Positions 1 to 12,329 of a DNA stretch of 64,000 nt are shown piece by piece; the stretch's first letter is position 1; every line of letters begins with the position of its first letter. The DNA comes from Minutocellus sp. GHC0000111 (taxonomy: Eukaryota), in NCBI GenBank assembly GCA_977018835.1, contig OZ361256.1, forward strand, positions 6,014,001-6,078,000. The letters are read 5' to 3'. A model generated the notes under the pieces. It saw only the letters and a list, made by a program, of their open reading frames with translations. It searched no databases and had not been told where the DNA came from. The translations under genes and the position numbers were made by a program.

Positions 1-21
1 CCACCGAATCCTGGCTCGCCA

Positions 22-62
22 AGATCTGCTAACTTTAGACACACTCTTATGCGATACCCTCC
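22..62. repeat. Dispersed repeat end (copy 1), probable transposon terminus
   Basis: AGATCTGC...TTAGACACACTCTTATGCGATACCCTCC closely matches 29197-29234. Confidence 0.5.
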
Positions 63-188
63 GACGTTCTACTAGCTATTGCTTTAAGCAAATTTTATAA
101 TATCACTTCTCTTACTTTTACACATAAACTTGCAGGCGTTGTCGGCATTCGGTACTAGGATGTACCATGCCACCTGAATCTTTTTCCT

Positions 189-1761
189 TTACAACTTCTC
201 GTAATTCACACCACCATTGAAAATACGATTGGGATAGGATTCACCAAAAAAAGGATCAAGACCATAGCCAACAATGATACTGATGCTATCGTCCTCTGAG
301 AATATCCCACCGGTTGGAATCTGCGATGGCGAATAGCGGATGGGCCCAGGAATGAAGACAGACGGTGTGTCGCAATAGAATGCTATCCTGTGCCCTGCTT
401 GAATCACTAGAGAAACTGGTATGCTCGTCTTCAAAGCATCACCCCTTCCAAGCACTTTGCCTGATGCTAGCTTTGACCATTGCGAAGAATCTCTTTCCTT
501 TCCAACAGCGGAGCCAGACAAGGCATAAACCGTAATCGGAATTACTTCCTTCAGAGGAGTATGGATGTCAATGCTGGTGATACGAATGGTACTCTTTGCC
601 TCAACCTCGAAAATGACTCCATTGTTTCTTATTCCGCCATTCATTCTGATGTTTTGTACGGTTGAAAGGATGCAGGCATAGGTGAGCAATTACCTCATGG
701 CGTTATAGAAAAGTTGAACTCATACGTGTTCAAAAAATATACAAACATAAAACTCACACTGTATCGAGAGATTGATTGGGGTTTTCGATCGGTGGCGACA
801 TTGTGGGTGGAGCTGGCGTGGGACTTTCAACAACTTCAGCTCGATTGGCACCTTGGATCGTGAAAGGCCCGCTCGTCTCTGCTTTGATGGTATATGGCTC
901 GGGACCATCTTCCTTAGATAGGACCGCCTTGTATCGGCCAGAAGGGATATTCGTTCCAACTTCCCAGACGACGGTGCCATATTTCGGACAATCGAAAGTC
1001 GGATCCGATCCTTTGGCACAAACGTAGGCATATGCAATGTAGTCGTCATGGGAAAGTCCACCGCTGGTATCGACCCTGGAAGAGACCAGAGCAACAAAGT
1101 CTCCAGGTTGTACATCGATCGTGTTCATATACAATATTTTCAGTTGCTCGCCGGACTGGACTAATGCCTGTTTGACGAGGATGGCATTGCGGCGACGGGA
1201 GGTGGCTGCTTGATCGACCATGACAACATTTTCGGTCTCGTTCATGACCACGCTGTCAACCTCGATGATGGGTTCTTCGTTCGCCATGGGAATGATGTCT
1301 TCGCGCTCGTCGCTACCTGCGTCGTTTTCTCCGTAGAGCATCTCGTGGACATCGGCATCACTGACGGATTCTTCGGTCATGACAATGGTGGCAATGAACG
1401 GTGAATCTCCATCATCTCCAAACTGTTGCAGCGATCTTTCCTCGACGAAGGCATCACTGCGGGTATTCGATGAAAAGTGGTTGTAGTATCCTACGGTGGC
1501 GACGGCACCAATAATCAGAGCCAGTGAAACAGCAAGGACAGCCGAAAAGATGCCGGGGGACGCTTTGTTGGCGCTGAAACCATTGTGTTGAAGATGATGG
1601 CGAGTATCTGGACTGCTCGACGACAGATCCTCCTCGTCGCCAGATGTGATGCAAAGAGACTGCTTCATGCTCAATACGTAGGTTGCGCAAAGTAGGATTT
1701 GAATGCAGTGAGTCGCCAGTGCATTCAATGGCTTACGATGTCGTCCTCTGTCGGAATACAA
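189..1761 (-). CDS. Membrane-anchored protein of unknown function; 2 exons (1761-758, 645-189)
   Basis: A GTGAGT donor at 757 and CAG acceptor at 646 join the two ORFs in frame (DTV/MNGG). Hydrophobic segment IFSAVLAVSLALIIGAVATVGY, a Pro/Thr linker, and a C-terminal beta-rich domain. Confidence 0.65.
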
Positions 1762-2304
1762 TGATTCTAATCATGGTGATTTTAATTATCCCATGCCTCC
1801 CGACTTCTGCGTTGAGCCAACAAGTCACATCAAGTCATCTAATTTACGCCTATTTGGTCGCCGTTTCTTTGTAACGCGCGCCTTGTCAGTTGAGCGTGCT
1901 TGGAATGTTGCGAACCCCCTGGCTGGCCATGCAAAAACTCATGGATGCTGCGAACCCTCTCCCCCCAGTGTGTGAAGCATCTCACGCGATACTGGTAACT
2001 TGATCCAAGTGAAAGCATCACGTTACTCTAGCTACTACGTAGTAAGGGTATCGGTATGTAGATTGAAACATTCATTCATATAAATCAATAGATCTAGATC
2101 TACGGCTGTATGTGCTCCTTTCTCTCAACTTGCAAAGAAAGTTATCGAGCATCTCACACACGGAAAGAAGGGAACACAAAGCGCGAACGATGATGAAGGA
2201 GACATTGAGGCACAAATAATACCACCACCAAATACACCACATAGACCAACATTCTTCAACCGTACAGTTTAGCAGGATTGCATAGCGCGGCGTTTCTTTC
2301 GCGG

Positions 2305-4757
2305 TTAAACACTTGGCAATGCACGACCGTCTTCGCTGTAGGTGATCTCCAAATCTACGTCATCATCAGAGTCATCGCTCTCGTCATCGTGTTGACTCTC
2401 TTCTTCCTCCTCCTCCTCCTCCTCCTCCTCTCCTTCCTCGACAGCGCCACTAGCTGGCGACTTAGATCTTGGGAGCTCAACCTCCGTGGGCGGAGCAGAG
2501 GACTGCATGGATACCTTGGCCAGCTCGTCCAGAAAAGATGGGGGAGGAGCGCTCAGCTCCTTGGCTAGAATCAACTCCAGTGGTCGAGGACTAATCTTGA
2601 TCAAGGCAACAGTATCACTCCACATGACACTGGTCACCGGTCGTCGAAGATCAACGCCAGCCGCCTCGCGAACAACGTCACCAAGCTCCACGTGACCTTC
2701 ACGAGCAACGGGAGAACCGGGATCGGCATCGAGATCTTTGACTGCAACAACTCTCACGATACCATCGGAGGCACCACGATTCAATCGAACGCCCATGGAC
2801 TCGCTGTAAATTGTAACGAGACATTCAGGACCGACCTTGAGGCCGTCCGAAGTCTGCACAATGTTTTGCTTTGGCCATGTCTTGGGCATCGGAGGAACCA
2901 CGGGTGCAGACTCTACGACTTGTTGGCGAGAAACGAACCGAGGCGCCCGAAGCTTTGGCACAACGGCCTTGAAGTTGATTCGCTTACGTTCCTTCTTGCG
3001 AGGAGATTCTTCGCCGGTTTCATCCTCATTTTTCTCTTCTTCGATGAGGCACTCCTTGGCTTTTTCCAAGTAGGCCTGGTCGAACATACTAACACTTTCA
3101 CCAGGGGCCAATAGAGATGCGCTCTTCTCAAAGGCCTCGATGGCATCTTCGTACTCGCCCTCGTAGAAGAGACTCTTGGCGAGAGCCGAATGGGCCTCGG
3201 AGTTGTTGGGGTCAAGACGAATGGCAAGCCGAGCATCATTGGCGGCCGAAGTATGACGCTTAAGGCCGTTGAGGGCATGGCATCGTCCAATGTGAAGCTG
3301 AGGACTGAGCATGATGTCGTCTGGTACCAAGAAGAGAGCTGCTGAATAGGATTCGATAGCCTCCTTGTAATTTTTGGAGGCGAGAGAAGCCGTTGCTTTG
3401 TCCTGCAGACGAAGGGCTTCGTCAAAATCTGGATCAACCTCATCAATTCCAATTCCATACTCGTCAACGCCTGAGAGCTGCGCGCCACTCAGGGCACCGG
3501 CGCTACGCTTGAGATCGTTGCTAACGACGGCACCGATGCGACGAGATGTGGCGCGTTGGAACTGACGACGGCAGCCGAGCGATTGGGATCACTGACGACA
3601 CTCATATTGGCGCCCATCATGGTGCTATCACCAACGCTTCCCGATAGACTCATGTCGGAAGTATTGCCATGTCGGGCCCCGAGACCACCACGAGAAGCCA
3701 ACTGTTTGGCGATCTGCTTGGCCTCCTTCTCCTTGGCCTTTTGAAGGTAATTCTTGGTAATGTCATTGTCGGGCTCGTACTGGACGGCATCCTCGTAGGC
3801 AGCCACAGCGCCTGAATAATCACGCATAAAGTACAAGGCCTGGCCAAGACGTGCATGTGCCTTGGAGAAGGTTGGCGCCAAAGCAATGGCACGGCGAGCA
3901 TCAGTGGCTGCCTGCGAATATTGGCGGAGGGAGAGCAGGGCTGCCGCTCGGTTCGATAGAAAAACATGCGACGAGGGACCTACGGGAGACAGCTTGAGAG
4001 CTGCACTGTAGGCATTGTAGGCTCGGTTGAATTCCTGTAGGTGAGTAGAATGAGGATAACGGTGAAAGGATAGAATTCCGCGTGAGAAAGTGTAGGAGGC
4101 AAAAGCGTAACATCTCAAGCACGAGGCCACCTGCATGCACTCTGTTAGGGTTAGGGTCGATGTCGCTTTCTTCCACATAAATGCAAAACACAAAACACAA
4201 GCCACAAGCGCGTCGACACTGTATCAACTATCAAAGCAGCCCCACCAAAAGAGCCTTGATCATATCCTCCCAACATTTACTTCAGCAGTTGACGCATCTC
4301 GTAGTCGATCGAATCCCTTCTCCTAGTACAGAACAATCAGCACAACGAAATGCCGCCTCACCTGATTGGCCATGTGACGATTGCCAATGCCCTTCATCCG
4401 TTCGGCCTCCTCATTGAGCATCTCGAGCTCGGCAGGGTCAAGAACGTCATCGTCGTTCTCGTCTCCTTCTCCGCCGGCATACTGATCGTCCTGCCTCGAC
4501 TGCTGCAGTTGCTGCTGCTCGTACGAGTCCGCCAGCAAAGAATCCTCCACGCCGCTGATCGTTGAAACCTCGCCCTCCCGCACGCTGGTCAGATCAGACG
4601 CCGTGGTGTTGATGGTGTGGTCGTTGATGTGCGCCTTGCCGCTGTGGGCCGAGTGTCCCCCGAGGCTGCCCGTCTCCTCGTCGGCCGGGGCCTCCTCCTC
4701 TTGTTCGACAGGAGGCCGGGCCCGCCACGTCTAGGCGGCCTGGCTGTAGTCTCTCAT
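2305..4757 (-). CDS. TPR-repeat protein (two SGT-like TPR clusters) with C-terminal PDZ-like domain; intron 4361-4035; frameshift near 3560; in-frame TAG at 4733-4731
   Basis: TPR motifs (AERMKGIGN, FLSNRAAALL, KAHARLGQALY, AHSALAKSLFY) and PDZ-like SMGVRLNRG...VELGDVVREAAG...RPLELIL. Confidence 0.8.
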
Positions 4758-5382
4758 TCAGTCAGGTGTCCTTTTTGGTTGGATAGATAAGTTACCACCC
4801 TCGGAAGGGTTGGGATTGGTGTGGTATTGCTCTAAAAGCGGTGGCTGCTGCTGCGCTCTAGCTAGAGCCGGCCGAGGAATTCCTACTCTTGGACTTCTGC
4901 ATGCATGATGCAGATTCTCAACGCATGAAATGGTGTCTTCTTCGCACATTGCTTGTTTTTGTCCGCGCATCGAATTTGGCTTTCCGAGATATTTCTTTTC
5001 TACGTATCTTGCGTCATTTCGATAATAGTCACGCTGGGGAGTGGGCAAGCAGCCTGTTCTTCGCAACCATGAAAACCCAACCTCGAGGAGTGCATTTTTG
5101 AACCGCCGTTTGAGATTTGACCGCTGTGTTTGGGGGCTTTGGCATTGCTTGCTGATTTGCACCACCACCCGGTGTCTCTTCCCTTCCGCCGAGCGTATCT
5201 TGTGATATCCACCACCGCCTCATCGCTCGCGTATCTATCAGCGGAACTCGCCGTGCGAAATATTTCGACATCTCTTGTGCCGTTTTTTATTATTCACATC
5301 ATATTCGTGTTGTCAGGATACCCCTGCCCTCCTCCTTTCTCGTGTTTTGAATCAACACCCATCAAAAAGAAGAAAACATAAA

Positions 5383-6931
5383 ATGGATCCCGAAGAACTT
5401 CCCCCGCCACTCCCCGACGATCCCGTAGCGGCCGCTCTGGCCGTGGCCCATCACGCCGCCGGGGCCGTTCACGACGAGCAGCACGAGGCCACCGTCGTCG
5501 CGGCTGCTGCCGCCGCGGCGGCCATCCAGCAGGCCGACGAGCACGCGGCTGCCGCAGCCGGTGACGGCGGCGGCAAGCGCAAGGCTTCCGAGGTCGACGA
5601 CGACGAGGAGCCCGCCGCCAAGAAGTCTGGCAGTACTGGCGGCGGCGAGGCCGGAGAGTACGAGGTGACGTGAGTGGATGGATGCATTGATTTGTTGGCA
5701 TGGGTAGGAATTATAATATATCATGCTTTCATCTCCTCATTTCGCATCCTTTCGATCTTCTCACTTCTCATTTCTTTCATCATACATTTTCAACCACAAA
5801 TACAATTACTAAAGCTTCCGCGAACCCGAGCTTGGAATTGTCCTTCGATTCGAAGTCAATCCTTCGACCAAGCGATTCAAGGTTTACGTCAAGGAGGTGA
5901 CCGGTAACCATGCCGAATCTTTGGGAGTCATGGCCGGAGATGAGATCCTGGCCATCGCCGGAACGGTCATTACCGCAGCCTGCCCTACCCAGCAGGACGT
6001 CCTTTCTCTCATTCAGGGCACGGCCCGTCCCACCCTCTTCCGCTTCCGTCGCGATGCGGCCGACAGCGAGGGGAGCCGCGCCCCATTGACGCCCGCCGCC
6101 TACAAGGCCCGTGCCAAGGCCGTCATGGAGGTCCAGGAGGCCGAGGCCGAGGTCAAGCGCATCAAGCAGCAGCTCGCCGAGGCCGTCGCCGTCCAGATCA
6201 AGGCCAAGCGCAAGATGGATGCCATCGCGCCGTGGCGTTCCACCCCCTGGTGGACCACCAAGGACGATCACTGGGCTCGCAAGTATGCCCGCCTCGTCGA
6301 GCACAAGCGCGTCCATGGTACCGTCGACATTACCACCGAGGATGGAGATTTGGGCAAATGGTGCAAGGCCCAGCGGAAGTACTTCAACCAAAGCTCCGAG
6401 AGGGCCGCCATCAGTGCCCTCACGCCGGAGGTGGCCGAGGGACGCCTCTCCCTGCTGGACGATCTGGGATTCGACCTGCACTACATGGAGCAGTCCAAGA
6501 TCCACCAGAATGCGTGGGAGAGCAAGTTCAACGAGCTCGTCGAATACAAGAACCAGGAGGGGAACTGCAACGTCCCCAACACCCGCGGCCCTCATCAGCC
6601 CCTCGGGCGGTGGGTGATGAAGCAACGAGGCATGTACCAGGCATTTCTAGACGGCGACCGTGCCAAGCAGAAGGGACTGACGCAGGAACGCATCGAGAAG
6701 CTCAATTCCATCGGCTTTGAGTGGCGCAGAGGCACGAATCCCCGCAAGGGTATCAGCGTTACCGAGTGGAAGGGCGGTGGAGGCAAGATTGCCGAGATTA
6801 GCGCCAAGAAGAAGGAGGCCAAGGCCGAGGCTGTCGAGGAGGTGGTCGATGAGCTGCAGGAGCTCGGAGATCCCATGGCCGAGGTTGGCGGTGGTGAAGA
6901 GCACACTGCTGACGATGTTGCTGTCGTTTAA
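5383..6931 (+). CDS. PDZ + two helicase-associated (HA) domain protein; intron 5670-5814
   Basis: The spliced product reads YEVTFREPELGIVL...LGVMAGDEILAIAG (PDZ). HA repeats: W..KY.RLVEHK..HG...LGKWCKAQRK...LDDLGF and WESKFNELVEYK..GNCNVP...LGRWVMKQR...ERIEKLNSIGFEW. Confidence 0.8.
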
Positions 6932-7045
6932 GGAATTCATCCTCATATCATGTAATGGGATGGCAAGACAAAAATTAATTTCATGGTGTGGATCGATCTT
7001 ATCAATTAAATAAAAAATAAATTAAATTTATTCTTCGAGGCAGGG

Positions 7046-7612
7046 CTATTGAATGATGTTACGCTTTGTATGAATGCCATTATTGTGCTGGAAAACATAC
7101 CGTAGCCAAGATAACCCGAAGAAGCAGTCAAAACATTTGTCGTCATTGCCGCTGGAACCGTGATTTGTGTCTTCTCGCTCAACATTGGAATTGCTAGAAT
7201 CAGAATCATCGTTCCTACTTTGCTTGTCGAAATCAGAAGCTATTGTGGTATGAGATGACACTGCATTGCAATTGGGGTTGTTCCGAACATTACTAGTAAC
7301 AATAGCGCTGGCTTGGTTGCTAGTGCACTTTTCACCAAATGAGATCAAACTTTTTTCGTTGTATATAACAGGTCCTTGATCGCTGCAACCGTCCTCATCA
7401 TCTTCTGATTGATATCCCAACACATGCAGAGGAGTCTTATTTGCCGTTCGCACTGTCAAACCATACCAATCGCTCTCCTTTTGCTGACCATACCAACCCC
7501 TTGGACCTTCCGATGCTCTGCCATCATACATTAGTTTTTCATCATCATTGGGTTCTTCAAGTGGTATGTGTTGGGGCATGCATGGTGATGTAGATGTGGC
7601 CTTCTGATTCAA
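7046..7612 (-). CDS. Hypothetical protein
   Basis: 188-codon ORF, acidic and low complexity, with no recognised motif. Confidence 0.35.
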   Translation of the reverse strand: MNQKATSTSPCMPQHIPLEEPNDDEKLMYDGRASEGPRGWYGQQKESDWYGLTVRTANKTPLHVLGYQSEDDEDGCSDQGPVIYNEKSLISFGEKCTSNQASAIVTSNVRNNPNCNAVSSHTTIASDFDKQSRNDDSDSSNSNVEREDTNHGSSGNDDKCFDCFFGLSWLRYVFQHNNGIHTKRNIIQ

Positions 7613-8445
7613 TCGTCATTGGCGCTAGTTGAACTCCCTCGGACGAAATATGCAAGCCGTATATATCGTTAGTTGGAAAAACTGCTAATTGCAAAGTCGA
7701 TGTTGATGTTTCTTCTCTGACTGCTGTACAACACACAATCAGTGTGTCGCATCAATTCCCATTTGTTGGGATTGCTCGTCTGCCAGCATCTTCCCAAAAG
7801 AGGTCGCTTCACGTCGGTCTTGATTTCGCAATGTACGAAGCACCAAATCCTAAACTCTACGCCACAACATCTGAGTTTCTTATAGTTTTCAAGGAAAGCT
7901 TCACTCCGTCGGAGTGGGGTTGTATCAACGACAGCAGCGCGGCGTGGTTCGGTCGACGACGCAAGTCCGACGAAGACAGCCGCAGAGAATTTTATATGAG
8001 ATGGGCAGTAAAGGAGGCCTATACCAAAGCATTGGGATTTGGACTTGGCCATGAGTTTGGTAAATTTGAAATTACATTTGATTGCTGCGAGGATGATGAT
8101 GGGATTAACGGATTGGCCGACGCCGTCGATGTCCTCGGCTCGATTATGGGGAGCGAGGCTGATGGAGGAGATGAACGAATTATTGCGAAACGGATGGCAA
8201 CCCTGGGGAAAATTAGATATGTGGAGAAGGAAGATGTTCCCGCGAAGGATGATGAGGTTTGGCTTTTCACTCTTTTGGAACTGAAGCACTTGCAGCAAGG
8301 CAGCACGGCGGATATTGATGCGGCGGGATGTGCATGTGTTTGCATCGGTCCTCTTGAAGAGGGCTTGCATTTAAGTGAAGCTGCTATCCAAGTAGAGATG
8401 ATGTCTCTTGAGGATGCGATTAGTTGGCACCGACATAATAAATGA
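7590..8445 (+). pseudogene. 4'-phosphopantetheinyl transferase (Sfp/AASDHPPT type), apparently 5'-truncated, with a 1-nt deletion near 7652
   Basis: LPRTKY[G]KPY...ISVSHQFPFVG...VGLD...FYMRWAVKEAYTKALGFGL; no upstream start or exon is visible. Confidence 0.65.
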
Positions 8446-8705
8446 TTTGGTGCTAAAGAAGCCCATTCAATACCAGTCCCATTCAGACATAGCCTAATTT
8501 ACGCGGGTAATCTGCACGCCATTGTGATAGTCAGAAATTCTTATATTTTCCGAGAAGCATCGGGCATCTTCATGTGGCGGCTGGCAATCTCCCTCCGCAC
8601 TATCGACTAGATGTACTTTGATGCAGGCGGGTAGAGAACATCTCCCTAGTCCGACAAAAGGCAGCCAATTATCTTCACATGCCTTTGTCCAACTTATATC
8701 CCTTC

Positions 8706-9050
8706 TTACTCCTGCTGCTTCTCGCCATCGTACATTTGAACAGTGCTGGCCATTTCATCCTCGCCAGCCATACGAAGAGCTCTTCGGACCTTCACTTTGG
8801 CCTCGTACTCCTCCATCTTCTCGGGATTCTTCCGTCGCTCAATGATCTCCCTCTGCAACCGCTCCTGCTCCTCGATCTCGGCTTGTCTTCTGGCTTCCCG
8901 TTCCTTGCGGGCATCCTCGGAGAAGAAATCGAAAAGTCCCATTTGCAAGTTGGTCGAGGAGGCAACGGCGCCGCTGCCGGTGGCGGGAACGACAAATGCG
9001 GAGGACTGGGCAGCGGCGGTGGCAAGAACGAGGGCGGAAATGACCTTCAT
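8706..9050 (-). CDS. Small plastid-targeted coiled-coil protein
   Basis: Signal peptide + SSAF motif + transit peptide, followed by a charged helix ([15 protein letters not shown]). Confidence 0.7.
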   Translation of the reverse strand: MKVISALVLATAAAQSSAFVVPATGSGAVASSTNLQMGLFDFFSEDARKEREARRQAEIEEQERLQREIIERRKNPEKMEEYEAKVKVRRALRMAGEDEMASTVQMYDGEKQQE

Positions 9051-9307
9051 GATTGATTCTACACGTATGCGTTAATAAACAAAATGTGACAAAGGTGTGA
9101 GATGTGAGAAACTTCTGCGCTGTTCTTTCCTGCTTGCGTCGAGGCTGACTCATTGGACGTGACGGAAAGACCGGAATGTCGAGAGTGTCTACTTTCACTT
9201 TGGCCGCTCGCCAATTCGTGCCGATGCCGTCCAGCGTGTGGTGAACGTGTTGACCAGAGGCGAGGAAGCAAGTAGATACCTCACCACCAACTCCGTCGAA
9301 GCGAATC

Positions 9308-10417
9308 ATGGGGTGGTATCTATCAACAATTCTCCTTATCTGCTCATTCGCAACGGCTTCGGCTGGTCGCTCATCTGATGCGAGCTTCGTTGGTCGACAC
9401 GAGGTCACCTGCAATTCCTCGACGTTGAACAGAATCCTTTCGCCGACATTTCGATGCGGTGGAAGTCAATCATCAAATGATGGCAGCTTGAAATACTCGG
9501 CGCTGGTATTCGTGAAACCACACGCCAATACCAAGGCTGTGCAAGACTACGTCCGCGATGCACTGGGACAGAAAGGCATTGCAATCACGTCCGAATTCGA
9601 TATCTCGGCCGAGGAAATCGACAAGAAAAGGCTGATTGACAAACATTACTATGCCATCGCGTCCAAGGCTACAATCCTAAAACCGGACAAAATACCAGTG
9701 CCGAAGGATAAGTTCGAGGAATTCTTTGGGGAGAACTATGACAGGGTTCTCAAGGAAGGACGAGCAGCCAATGCGATGGAAGCCTGTCAGAAATTCGGAT
9801 GTAATGCCAACGATCTTGATGGGGCGTGGAGAGAAGCCGAGGCTCAATCCAAGGTTGTGAAGCTGGGAGGTGGATTCTACTGCGGACTGCTTTCCTATAA
9901 AGACTGCAAACCATTGTATGTCTTCAATGCCTTCATCATGCAGATGCGCGATAAGTTCGTAAAGGGCGCAGGTATTCACGTATACGAAGTAGAATGGGAC
10001 GCTGCAAAGCTAAGTTGGAAGGACTTTCGTGGGCGGGTGCTTGGGCCAACAGATCCATCCGCAGCACCTAAAGGATCCATTCGCAAGACTATATTACGAA
10101 AATACAGGGCGTTTGGCTTGGACCATGCACCAAACAAGGGCGATAATGGGGTGCATGCGTCTGCTAGTCCCTTTGAGGGATTGGCAGAGAAGATCAACTG
10201 GGCAAATTAGTCATTGAAGAAAGATCCGTTTGGCAGTGCTTTGCTGTCAAGGGGACTCTCGGCCAAGCGTATTTCCGCTCTTTCTTTAGATCCGCAGGTG
10301 CAGCTTCCAGATGGAAGCAAGGCAAGTGTATTCGATACGCTCGAAGATATGGATGTTGGCGAATGCCTTGAAGCTATGGCGGAAATGAAGAATTCCTGTT
10401 TATTTCTGGCACTATAA
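9308..10417 (+). CDS. Nucleoside-diphosphate-kinase-like protein with signal peptide; in-frame TAG at 10208-10210
   Basis: ALVFVKPHA, WKDFRGRVLGPTDP..APKGSIR and NGVHASASPFEGLAE. The frame continues after the TAG (SLKKDPFGSALL...). Confidence 0.75.
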
Positions 10418-10525
10418 GCTTACTGAAGCAAATTTCAGATACTCGCTCACAATAGTCAGCTATACATTTGTTACATATTGAATTAGCATGAATTCCTCCT
10501 AGAAGAAGAAGAAACCCCCGTCTGT

Positions 10526-11724
10526 CTAAATCAAACCAGCGCTTCTCAAGGCCTCCTCCACAATTGGCTGGAAGTCACCATCAAGCTCATCCAGAGGAGG
10601 GCGGCAGTATCCAGTCGGGATCTTGCCGATTCTCTTCATTGCCCACTTGACGGGGATAGGGTTGGCCTCGCAAAAGAGCTTTCCATTGAGATCCCGAAGA
10701 GGCGAACCGATCTTCTCCACCTCATCTTTGTCGCCGGCAATGGCCGCCATCATCAGATCATGCTTCTGCTTAGGCGCGAGGTTCGCCGTTACCGATATGC
10801 ATCCGTCGCCACCCTTGAGAGTAAACTCAGCATCGGTGCCATCATCGCCACTGAGAAGCAGCAGCTCGTCTCCCGTCAGATCCCGAAGCTCCTGAACCCG
10901 TCCCACATCTCCAGTTGCCTCCTTGACGCCGATGATATTGGGATGATCGGCACAAAGGGCGATCGATTCGGGCTTCATGTCGCTACCCGAGCGACCGGGG
11001 ACGTTGTAAATTACAACCGGCAGACCAAGGTCGGCCATGGAGAGCATGTGCTTGACCAAACCTCTTTGAGGAGGTTTCACGTAATAAGGAGTAACGACCA
11101 GCGAGGCATCGCATCCCAAATCGATTGCCTGCAGTGTCATCTCCTTGACATGGGCCGGATCAATGGTTCCGGTACCGACCAGAATGGGAATCTTTCCCTT
11201 GACTTCTTCCACAACAATCTTTAGGACAGTCTCGCGCTCTGCCATGGTCATAACGGCAGCTTCGCCGGTGGTGCCAAGGACGCACAGGCCATCGGTCTCG
11301 CTTTCAACGTGAAAGCGCAAAAGACCGCGGAGGGCTTCCACATCAATCTCTCCAGTCAGTGTGAAAGGAGTTACAAGTGCGCAAGTGGAACCTGCCTTCA
11401 TAGGCACCTGCAGGGGTGGGGGTGGAGATGGAGAACAAAGGGTTAGGGGTCGGCGGAGGACACAGCAGAAGTGATGGTATCTCAACCAGAAGTTAGATTT
11501 CAGCTCAGCACTTACCAATTCGTTGGCATTGCTAGACATGGACAAGGCAGACAAAGGTTGTCTTTGGATGACGTCCGGTCTTGAAGCTTGGAAGGCTGCA
11601 GATATCGTATTAGAGATCGGGTGGTGGGGAACATAAAGACATGAGACACTAAGCACGCAAATTATATTATAAAAAAAAAGGCACGTCTTGTGCCACAAAC
11701 TGCAATGGCTTTTCTGAAGAACAT
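10526..11724 (-). CDS. dapA: 4-hydroxy-tetrahydrodipicolinate synthase; intron 11515-11408; 5' exon structure uncertain
   Basis: ALVTPF, GTTGEA, VVTPYY.KP, IYNVPGR, GVKEATGD, LLSGDD, GCISVTAN, NPIPVK. Confidence 0.92.
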
Positions 11725-12329
11725 GCGCCCATATTTCGAGAGCAGTCGTTTACCAACAAAACAACGCAGTAAGACACTGATAGTGATGGTTCTCGCCTTA
11801 CAAAGCAGCATGCAACCCGAACACCCCACCACCGATGTAACCTTATCGGTGGATGCGGCTTCCATTAAAAATACTTCTCAAGGGTCATAGATACGCACCA
11901 TCGATCGATGCCAGGAAAGCGGCAGATACCGCCAATTGCAACCGTGACGTTCTCATTTTCTCTTGTATGATATCTGCTTATGGAGACAGCGAGCCAGCAA
12001 TGGGATGATACCACGTCCTCCTTGCCTGACGGCCGGGCTGACGAACCAGTCGGGTGGAGGACAGACTCTACAAGAAATAGTGTCTGTACTTTTTGAGAGA
12101 GGCAACGTCACCGTCATGCCCATGACTTCGTCACTGCCATCGATGCTCGTGCGAAGCAAATAAACTCCAATACCTCAAGTCGTATCGTCGGAGGGCGTCA
12201 GACTTTGCTACCCCACCAAATCATGCAGCGCAGACCGGAGCAAACGAACTCGACCAAACGGCCCGTCGCGACAACAGTAGTCGTGGCATCAACGGAAAGC
12301 CTCGCAGTACCACTGCATATACTTCCCCC

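Noticed and set aside
4731..10210. TAG reassignment suggested by two in-frame TAGs
   Set aside because: DapA, Mpv17, MFSD5 and the TOM1-like gene all end at TAG in the expected position, so TAG is a normal stop.
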